64,000 nt of DNA from Chlorokybus atmophyticus. Taxonomy: Eukaryota; Plantae; Mesostigma and Chlorokybus algae. Shown piece by piece: positions 20,116 through 30,480 of the stretch; within the stretch, counting starts at the first letter, position 1, and the number at the start of each line of letters is the position of its first letter. Both the position numbers and the translations under genes were made by a program. The notes below the pieces were generated by a model. It worked only from the letters and a program-made list of their open reading frames with translations. It was not told where the DNA came from and made no database searches. The stretch is from NCBI GenBank assembly GCA_009103225.1, contig RHPI01002069.1, positions 1,222,744-1,286,743 of the forward strand, given 5' to 3'.

Positions 20116-23100
20116 CTTCAACACTAGCTACATTTGATGGCCACTCAGTGCCATTCACATGGAAATCTAAGAGTCAATTAATGAGCGTACCCTGTTTAGC
20201 ATTAATTGATATTGGTGCGAATCATATTTTTGTTGACCATGCTTGGGCGAAACGTAATAACATACATATTCACACCGGCTATGTCTTATGGGCGTGTTGC
20301 TGGTTCCACCCTCAATGCACTTGGGGAGGTGAAGGGTCGTTTTGTTATTGCTGGCCATAAAACTCCACCAGCCTTCATTGTAGTGGATATATATATCCTT
20401 GGGTTAGATGTTGTGTTGGGAGAGCAGTGGCATACCGAGGCAGGGTTACAACTCAATTCTTAAGCCAACACGTGCACACTTCGTAAAGGACAACAAAAGT
20501 GACGTTGAAAGCACATTATGTGGCACGTGTTGAGCGCTAACGTTCCGCTCCTCTCTGCCATGCAACTAAAACGTTGTATGCGCAAAGGTGAGGAAGTGTA
20601 TTTGATACACTTACAATAGGTAAAACACCTGCAAACCACGATTACTGATCCTGTTATACACTCTTACTGAACAATACGCAGATGTGTTTCACGATGAGCT
20701 CTAAGAGCTACCTCCTAACCGAAACACTCACCATACTATTCCGTTGGAAGAGGGGGCAAGGCCACCATGGCGACCTATCTATATGTTAAGCCCCTTAGAA
20801 CAAGCGAAAAGTGAAAAACAGCTTAGAGAGCTATTAGACAAAGGTTGAATAGCAAAGAGCATATCTCTTTTGGTGCACCTAATTTGTTTGTGCCCAAAAA
20901 AACCGGCAAACTACGCTTGTGTATAGATTACCGTGCGTTGAACAAAGTAATTGTGAAAAATACATACCCTTTGCCGCGCATAGATAATTTGTTTGATAAG
21001 CTATCAGGTGCAACAGTGTTTAGCACACTGGATCTGAGTAGTGGGTAGCATCAAATTAAAATTCATCCAGCAGTTGTGCAGAAAACAGCATTTCGCCCCA
21101 ATAGGCCACTTTAAATACAATGTATTGCCTTTTGGGTTAACCAATGCTCCTGCTACATTTCAATTAGAAATGAATGCAATGCAATGCAATCGTTTTTGAT
21201 GAGTTGTACAAGTTTGCTTGTGTACCTGGATGATAATATTGTGTTTAGTAAAACCCGGGAAAGCCACCACAAACATGTGGAAGCTGCGCGAACACAAGTC
21301 TATGCCAATCTATTCAAGTCAACTTTGCAAAGGATGAACTCCGCTTTTTGGGATATGTTATTGGCAAAGAAGGATTGAAACCAGATCCAAAAAAGGTATC
21401 TGCGGTGAAGGATTGGCCATCACCCAACGATGTGCATCAATTACGTGCTTTTTTGGGGTTAGCTAATTACTTTTGCAAGTTCAGACGCGCATACTCGAGC
21501 ATGGCAAATCCCATAACATTTTTATTGTGAAAAGATGTCAAATTTTTGTGGACAGAGGCACACGAGGTTGCTTTCACACGCATCAAAGATGCGTTGACCC
21601 AAGCACCTGTGTTGGCTTTTCTAGATCACACAAAGCCTTTTGTGGTTATATCTGTAATGCTTCAACCATTGGGTGTGGGGTAGTCCTTCTGCAGGACGAT
21701 AGACCATGTGCGTATGAAAGCAGAAGTTCATTCCTGCTAAGCGCAACTACACGACCAATGAGGCAGAGCTACTCAGGGTTGTGCATGCGTTGCGCACGAT
21801 GCGTTGCTATTTGAAAGGGTGGAGTTTTCAGTAATTACTAATCATAACCCATTGACCTTTTTACATACGCAACAAAACCTGTCGAGACAGCAAGCTAGGA
21901 GGAATGAGTTCATTTCTGGATTTATTTTTAATTGGCAATACAGTCCGTGTCGCAACGTGGCAGATCCGTTAAGTCGCAGACCCTCTTTTGGCACTCACAC
22001 GCTCTCGCAGTACGCGTGACTCGCCACCTAAGGACCTAAGGACCCTTTTCCAAAGGACGTCTCCGTAGGTTATGATGTGGATAATTGGTTTAGCAGCCAA
22101 CCCAACTTACAACAGCTCACTGCTGTTGGGAATCTGTGGTATAGAGGAGAGCAGCTGGTAGTCCCTAACTCGGGCAACTTGCGCACGCAATGCTTGCAAT
22201 CGGTGCACGACCCATCGTATGCTGGACATTCGGGTAAACATAAAAAACTCAGATCTGCGCAGCAGTTATATTGGTGGCCGTCAATGTCTGCTGATGTGGA
22301 TCAATACGTTCGCACATGTGATCATCATGATGTGTGTCAGCGTAATAAGCCAATACGATAAAAACAAGCGAGATTGCTTAATCCGTTGGCGATTCCGGAA
22401 CATAGTTGGGATAGTGTCAATATGGATTTAATTTAATCACTGACCTACTTGAAACATCAGCAAAGTCTACTGCTATTGTGGTTTTTGTTAATCGTCTAAC
22501 AAAAATGGTGCACTTTGCTCTGTGTTGCACGACAATTAGTGCTCGGGACTTGGCACATATGTTTATATCGACGATCTTCAAAGCACACGGTGTACCTCGT
22601 GAGCTCATTACAGATTGAGATCCTCACTTTGTTTCTAAATTCTGGAAGGAGGTCTGTGAATTGCGGGGGGGTAAACAAAGCATGTCAACTGCTTTCCACC
22701 CGCAAACAAATGGCCAAACAGAGCGAGCGAATATTAGAAGAAATGCTTCGCCACTATGTGGCTCCCGATCATATTAATTGGGACAGGTACTTGCCGATGG
22801 CAGAGTTCGCTGTGAACAATGCATGGCAGGAGGATGTAAAGGAAACCCCATTTTTCTTAAGTTATGGGATTCACCCTAACACACCCGCTTCATTGCACGT
22901 ACCTCGCAATGATCTTTGTGTGCCAGCGGCAAAGGAGTTTGCCACTGCTATGCAAGAACGCTTGGCTCGAGCCAAGCTATGTTTGTCACAAGCACATGAT
23001 GGGCAAAAAGCTTACGCTTATTAGCATCGATAAGTGGCCACTTTCAATGTCGGCGAAAAAAGTTTGCTTCATGCCGGAAACACAACCATCAAAGTTATAG

Positions 23101-24129
23101 AGGCGCGCAAGTTGTTGCCCCAATGGTTAGGACCGTTCTCTACTATTCATTTAATTGGTACGCATGCTTACCGACTGCAATTGCCCCCGAGCATGCATGT
23201 GCACAACGTGTTTTATGTGAACTTGTTGAACCCTACCGCTCTGACGGTAGAACACAGCCTCCACCACTTCAGGTGGACAGCGAGCTCGAATATGAGGTAT
23301 AAGCTATCTTGAACCATAAGCTAAACAAGCGTGGACACGCGACCGCTATTTAGTCAAATGGAAAGGGTATGGCTCGGAGCATAACAGTTGGGAGCCCGAC
23401 AGGCATCTCACACACTGCCGTGAGTTGCTTCGAGCTTACTGGGATGTACATCCCACCCCGTGAACTGTGAGCTTGGTTATGACAGACTGGCAGTGCAGTT
23501 TCATTACCACCCTATCATTTCCTGCTATCTTACTGGTGTCATTGACTCAAGACCAAGCCTGATCAACTTGAGTTCAACGAGTACGTTGAAAACCTAAGTG
23601 AGGGGAATGTAACGGGGGCAATAATACTAGGGGTATTATTGCTACCTAAATGACATATGCTGTGTAGATAAGTACATGTAAATTTATACCTCTTTCTACG
23701 GTTCCTCGCTTATCAAAGCTTATGATACTTTATTATAGCTTTGGTAAGTCCCAATGGTGTAGAACCGCATATTCAAGCCGATTTAGGGTCGCACATCATA
23801 TATGCGATCACTATAGCCAGATATCGCGATATGTACCTTATCATTGAATACCTTATCGTTGGATACTTCAGCTCATATTGGCTTACGCTAGATTTCAAAT
23901 GGCTACCCTATCTATAGGGGTGATATCTAATTATAATTTTGATATCAGAACACACATACATGTGATATATCCTTGATATATAAGCTCTCATCAATTGATG
24001 AGATTATTCAGTTCTCTGCCATTTGCAGCGTCATGCCACCGGCGGCGTGACCGGCTTGTCATCGGCGGTGTGGGTATTGGGGTAGAGGATTGAAGGGACG
24101 GCGTTCTCATAGGCGCTGTGGTTGTGACA
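20116..24129 (+). mobile_element. Decayed chromovirus copy B: protease, RT, RNase H, integrase, chromodomain, PPT and a 522-bp LTR (23608-24129)
   Basis: ALIDIGANHIFV; [22 protein letters not shown]; YLDD; QQNLSRQQARR; chromodomain YLVKWKGYGSEHNSWEP (about 23290-23460); CCTAAGTGAGGGGAA then TGTAACGGG at 23608; TGTGACA at 24123-24129 followed by a PBS-like TGGTTATGGGAGC. Confidence 0.88.
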
Positions 24130-24580
24130 TTGGTTATGGGAGCCTGAGACCCGGGATCGATTCCTACCTGGCACATGAACTCCGTGGTCGTTGTTTCTGA
24201 ATCCAATGACGCTGTAAATGGTCACTGCATAAGTGCCATCATTGATGGGTCGCGGCTTGTCTGATGGCAGTTGCGCCGGAGTTCAGTCGGCGCGGCAGAT
24301 TGCCTGACCTGCCTGTCGCGATTGGGCCGGCAGCGGCGCGCTATGCGCGCGTTGACCTGTATGGGCCTAACTTAGCCGGTCCTTGCCGTTGAGGCCGGTG
24401 GCCGACCCTAGCAAACCCCTGGGATGACTCCCCAGCTGATAGGAGCCAGTTGCCGAAGACGTCAGCGTTCATAAGTGGGGAGGAATGTCACATCCCGTTA
24501 CAATAACGGGAAGGTACATTATATGACCACAAATCAACCATAAAAGCACCAACTATTTTATGGTCGAGTGAGCTGTGACA
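24130..24580 (+). mobile_element. Second TRIM copy: internal domain, PPT and 3' LTR (24502-24580); its 5' LTR position is occupied by the long chromovirus LTR
   Basis: Collinear with 26478-26933 (PBS, GAGACCCGGG(A/T)TCGATTCC, GC-rich hairpins, TAAGTGGGG PPT, LTR ending GCTGTGACA). Confidence 0.85.
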
Positions 24581-27500
24581 GTTACACTTTTTGTTTGACA
24601 GTGGTGGCACCATTCTGATGGTGCCGCCTTTTATTGTCTTGTAGACCTTGTCTTCCTTCCAATTGTAGCTCTAAGACCGGCGCTAAACGCGGTCTTTGGT
24701 CAGCGAACTGGCAGCTGGTGGGTAATTATCGGTCCTCAGATACATGAAGGCTACCTGATCCAGCTGAATGTGACCCTTGACGATATTGTCCTTGACGGGG
24801 GTGATCCCTTCAGCCTCTGCTGCACAGCAAACCATCTCCTGACTGTCGGTAAGGGTGTCTACTACTTGCTCATACTCAGTCATTGCGCACCATGCAATGA
24901 CAAGTAGTGCTGCCACACCGGAAGCAATACGGGTATCTGGCCCATCATCATGATGAGCCTCACTCTCATCTCTTGTGTCAGCAACAGGGTTTCCGCTCAA
25001 TCCGTCTGCGTCCATGTTTGCCAACCATGCCTTGTGCTCTATGATGAAGTCATACTCTTATAGGATCAATGCCCAGCGAACATCTTTTCCTGTCAGGTGG
25101 CAGTTGGTAAGCAACCACTTGAAAGGCTGATGGTCAATGAAGCGCCTTCCAGAGAGGAAGGGCCTAAAGTGTACAACTGTCCATACTGCTGCCAAACATT
25201 TCCCTTCGTAGGAGCTACCATTGCCTTCAGCTTTGTTGTTGCTTCTGCTGGCAATGCAACCACATATTTTGCTCCGTCGTCATCTTTCTAGCATAACACA
25301 TCACCGATGCCTAACTTGCTCCAATGTGTATGGAGGATGAACTCTTTGTTGTAGTCAAATCTTCTCAGCAATGGTGCTTCGCTGAGTTTCTCCCTAGTCA
25401 ACTAAAATGCTTGCTGGCAACCTGTACTCCATTGCCAAAGGTTTTCTTTAACATGTCATTTAGGGGTTTGGTCAACTTGCTGAAGTCTCTCACAGACAAA
25501 CAATAGCGGTTTGTCAGCCCCAAGAATGCTCTGAGCCAGCTGATGTCAGTGGGGGCGGGTTCTTGGCCAGTGGTATCCACTTTGGCTTTTTGCACCTGTA
25601 CTCCTTAAGGCACAATCTCGTGCCCCAAGTATTGCACAATGTCGGCTGCTAACCGGTTTCATTTCTTAAGAGGACAAGGCATTCCTGTGGCCTTGATCCT
25701 CTTGATTACTGCATCAAGATGTTTCACGCGGTCTTCTACGTTGTCGCTGAAGACCAGAACATCATTAATGTAGCATTGCGTGAAGGAGAGTCCCTCAGAA
25801 TCCGGTCCACCACTCTTTTTACGACTGCTAGCGCATTTTTTATGCCAAATGGCATCACCTTTCACTGATATAGTGTGCGATTACCCCAAAAAACAGTCTT
25901 GTGCCCGTCCTGCTCTTTCATTAATCTGATGAAAACCAGCGTGCAATTCGATAATAGTGAAGACCTTGGCGTTAGCGACGTCGTCAAGGATGTCTTCCGT
26001 AGTAGGCATTGAATATCCATGTCTAAATAGCTGCATTAGCAGGTTTAAAGTCCACACACATGTGCATCTGTGTCCAGTTGCCCTTACAATCCTCCCTTTG
26101 GGGCATGACTACAGCGGACGCATAGTTGAAGCTAGACTCCTCAATTAATCAAGCTTCCAACAGCTCATCACACTTCTGTTTCACTCCGTCGTTCTCCACT
26201 CGACTAATGGGTATTGTCTCTTAAAAATGGGTTCTTCCGTGTTGGATTGGGTGTCCATCTTATACATATGGCAGCGGCCCAGCTCTTGCATGTTGAAAGC
26301 GAAGGCTTTTCAGTGTTCTTTGAGCAATGCCAACAATTTAATTTTTCCTACTGCTCTGACCTTGCTTCTAAAGTTCATGTGTGTGTAGGTGCATCTACTG
26401 TAACGGGAAGGTACATCAAATTACCACAAATCGACCATAAAAGTACCAAGTCTTTTGTGGTCGAGTGGGCTGTGACATTGGTCATCGGAGCTTGAGACCC
26501 GGGTTCGATTCCTGCCTTGCACTCGAATTCCGCGGTCGTTGTTTCTCGATCCAATAACATCGTAAATGGTCACTTTATGAGTGCCATCATCAATGGGTCG
26601 CGACTTGCCTAATGGCAGTCGCGCCGAACTGACCAGTTCAGTCGGCGCAGCAGGGCGCGACCTGCCTATCGCGGCGACGCGACCTGTGGGGCCGGCAGCG
26701 GCGGGCTATGCGCGCGCTGACCGGTATGGGCCTAAATTGGCCGGTCCTTAGATGGTGGGGCCGGTGACCGACCCTAAATCAGACCCCTGGGATTGATTCC
26801 CCAGCTGATGGGCGCCAGCTGCCAAGGACGTCAGCGTTCTTAAGTGGGGGGGAATGTAACGGGAAGGTACATTAAATTACCACAAATCGACCATAAAAGC
26901 ACCAAGTCTTTTGTGGTCGAGTGGGCTGTGACATCTACACTCTCTGCTGCAGCAGCCAACACATGTGGTTGATCAGGCAAATTCGATACCCCATAAGTGC
27001 CATGACCGTGGTTGGGCCGTTTCCACCCCCTCGGCAACTGACTCATGCTCCGAGTGTAAGGTTGCTTGGCTAAAACCAGTGTGTGCGCTTCTTTTGCCAC
27101 CTCTTGGTCAGCCAACCACACCGTTCAAATCCATACCAAGCTATTCTTATCCATAGCTTGGCCGAGCAGCTTTCTCCGCTGCTATGCTGTTACGCCAGGA
27201 GCCTTTATAGCACCTGGCAGAAAACCCATGGCTTTCTGTCTCTCAATAGGATGGGTTCCTCCCATTGACCCGTCTTGTTGTCGTAGACCATGTCAAGGCC
27301 ATGGTTGCGAAGGCATAATTGGCAGGGTAAGTAACTAGAGTGGGTTAAGCCCTCCGCGGCTCTCCACTTTGCTAATTGGGTGTTGCGGTGACCTGTCAAC
27401 CTTTTACATCGGTTGTGGGTCTCTTGCCCTTCCTCCATTATGTCACTAACTAATAGCTGACCTGGCCTTGTGTAGCTCTTCTTGCTGCACTTGTTTGTGT

Positions 27501-30480
27501 ATAGCTCGGTTGGTGCCAGGTCGGTCCAAAACACTCTCAACCAATGTGCGCGTGACCCAAACTGTGCTGCATTCAACACGACTTCATGTCCCAGCACCAA
27601 GCTCACAATCTAATAATCACGGCGGACATGGTCACGACGATCATCAGCTGTAGGTACGTTTTTTATCAGGCAGGCTGGGTGGTTATTCTTCTATGTTGCA
27701 TGCAACAATTGTATCATGTGGACCATCTCCCAAAACAGCTTAGATCGGGGGTCTTCTAGCCCTTTAACGACTCCTGCTCTAGAATGCCCTTGGTACTCCC
27801 ACCCAACGATCACCATGTCAACTTGTCCTACGGCAAACAGATGCGCTGCTGTTACTTATAGTATGTCACGAGGCAATGCCTTCTAACTGCCTTTCAGTGC
27901 ACTCTGCGGCAGCAGGTGCATATATTTTTGCGATAGTATGGTAGCATGGTGTGCAGCCCTCTGCTGCGCTACAGAGTCTGGATCTACGTACAAGTATTGC
28001 CGTACTCTATTGGCGGCGTTCAGCGCTGCAGCTAACCCACTTGCCGTGCCCATAATGAATTCTGTCGGACGGATACCTTCTTCTTTAGGTACATTCCAAG
28101 CGAATATCATCACTTTAATGGGTAGCTGCGGCAACGACACCCCCTCAGGTCTTTCTGCAGGTGGTCGCGCGTGTACTCCCTTCGCCCATGCCCCTTCCAC
28201 CTTGCACAATGCTTCGGAGCGCATTGCAAGAAGCTTCTAGTAGACAAGCTCTGCCTTGGCAAATTGCTCTTCTGTGAGTGCCACTGATGTCACCATCTCA
28301 GACTTTTCAAGAGGCAGTGTAAGCTTCCTGCTCACATTGCTCCCACAGCTCTCTAATGGATGGCAGCTCCGTGTAGCATGCCATCTTTGTTTCACAGGAG
28401 GTGGCTAGCCTTGTAACTGCACTCCTGATATTCTTGAGCACGGTCAATGAAAATAGGCCTTCTTGCCTTGATCATCCTTCCACCCTGGCCGAAAGAACTC
28501 TTATAGAATCCAGTTGTCGAAGCCCACCCATTGGTAAAAGCGCTTCCTGCCCCAGCAGCATGCCGTAGCTGGTGGCGTCAGTGATTAAGCAGCGTAACGC
28601 GTAAAAAGTCTTCCCCTTCGCTACCCTGTGAACTGAATGGTCACGGGCTCACGTGTTATGCCCTCACCTTCTGAATGCCTCTTTCAGCAACTTTTATCTC
28701 ATACGGAGCGGCTATGAAATGAGTGTCTTGTAGCCCCAACACATGAGCAGCTCTGCCACCTAAAATGACTAGTTCTGCTCTTGTGTCGATCTATATGCGT
28801 CCCGACAGCTTGCCGTTGACGCGTATCCAACCTCCCTCATTGCGTACTTCTGCAACACTAGGCCGCATATCAACGCGTTCATGGCTGAGTACAGCAGGTG
28901 CACTTTCATCCCTGCTCACTGTTGGATGGGCTTCTCTCTCAAGCTCCACTAACTCCTCATCGGCCTCAACTACCTCTTATGCAGGTTGCTGGGGTTGCGC
29001 ATGTTGCAGCTGCTGTTTCACTGCTTTTCTCACATGATCAGGGGTGCACCCCAACCCTACCACGGTCACCATGAGTGTAGACTACAGTCTTTGCACCACA
29101 TTCTCGAGCTGCCCGCTGGTAAGGGTGTCTTTTACAACGCGTGGGCTGCTTTTTGCAGCAATATTGATGCGTTCTCCCTCTTTGGTTAACAGTGGGCGGT
29201 ATGATGCGGAAAAAGGCTGGCGGCCGTGCTGACGGTGCTTTCTTCCTCCCATGATCTGCTCCTCCGGGTGCCACTCCAGGGTTAACTCATAGGCGTGCCC
29301 TCATGGCTACCCCAACCTCTAGAGCTCAAAATGCTTCCCACTGCCATCGCATCTGGTCTCCGCAATGTCACCTCATCCGTGCGAGCGGTCATAGATGCCC
29401 TCATAGCCTCCAACTGAGCCTATGTGTAAGTTGCGGGCTCTGCGGCAACGGTATTTGCTTTCTTGGCAACCCCTGTCCTAGCTGGTCTCCTCTCTGGATG
29501 TTTTCCCCAGCAGCCTTGCTCGGTGTGACCCTTTCTTCCACAATGTTAGCATTCTACCTTGCCTTCTCTCCACTGTGGGCACTCCTCTTTCCAGTGACCA
29601 TTACAACCACAGCGGGAGCAGTTTATTGTCGCGTTCTTTGCTGCGGGTGGTGATCCCTTCCTCTGCTCAGCAATATAAGCCTGCTTGTTGAAGGACTTCA
29701 TGCTACTGTCCTCTTTGGTCTGATAGCTAGAGAAACTAGCAGCTGAGTTGATGTTTATGACCAGTTCAATCTTTATGCTCACTCGTGCCTTGTGCTCAGC
29801 AATAGCTCCCAAGGTGTCAAACTCCCAATCCACCATCTCATCGTACTTCTTTTCCATCGCTGCACGGATTGGAGCTTATATGGCAGCTCTCGCAGAAACT
29901 GTGCACACACTTGCATCTCTGTATGCACCCGATTGCCAACATCGTCTCACAGGGTGCGCAACGTGTGATGCATATTGCCAATGCTTTTACCAGCTTTCCA
30001 TTGAAACTGCTGCAGATCCTCATAATGCGTGTAGTGTCCCTCTTATAATTCTTTTCCAACCTCTTCAAGAAGTAGGTTTCCTCAAAAACCAGGCTTTCTC
30101 CACATTCTCTTGTGCCTCCAACCGAGCTTAAAGCAACCCTGCGTCGGCTTCTCTGCCTGCTGCCGTTGCTTGTTCCAACGTTGGCTCTTTGAACTTGAAC
30201 AAATCTGGTATGAACTCTCCTTTGTTAACCGCATACCGCAGTGACAAGATCAGCTTCTCTTTCTCAAGTTCGTCTTTAAACAATTGAAAGTCTTTGTAGG
30301 GTCTGCTGTCCTGCTGTCAAATGATGTCATTGAATGAATTGCTCCTGTTCTGTCAACGGGGTCCCTCTTCTCCCTTGCTTTTGCATCTCAGCGATGAAAG
30401 AGTTCCTCCATTGATCAAACTCCCGACCTTGCACTGGCCATTGAATGTTCTCAAGGATGACGGCGTGGCAGCCATGGTGA
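24581..30480 (-). mobile_element. Heavily decayed second DNMT-carrying Ty3/Gypsy element (Gag-PR-DNMT-RT-RNaseH, truncated before the integrase core)
   Basis: Minus-strand remnants: CSRCGCNGHWKEEC knuckle; IDTRAELVI protease (28779-28787); EEGIRPTEFIMGTASGL..YLYVDPD (motif I-II); VDMVIVGWEYQGHSRAG; LIKNV; LNAAQFGSRAHWLRVFWTDL; KAMGF..LLGQAMDKNSLVW; KDCKGNWT, FWGNRTLYQ*KVMPFG, CYINDVL; ADGLSGNP. All parallel the element at 185-9335. Confidence 0.88.
26399..26933 (+). mobile_element. Complete non-coding TRIM (terminal-repeat retrotransposon in miniature), 535 bp
   Basis: 79-bp LTRs at 26399-26477 and 26855-26933 (77/79 identical, TG..CA); PBS TGGTCATCGGAGC 26479-26491; PPT AAGTGGGGGGGAA 26842-26854; 5-bp TSD TCTAC at 26394-26398 and 26934-26938. 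Confidence 0.95.

Noticed and set aside
26451-26522. Functional tRNA gene
   Set aside because: A and B boxes and partial D/T stems are present, but the acceptor stem does not pair, the anticodon arm is poor and lacks U33, and the sequence is the LTR/PBS of a TRIM.
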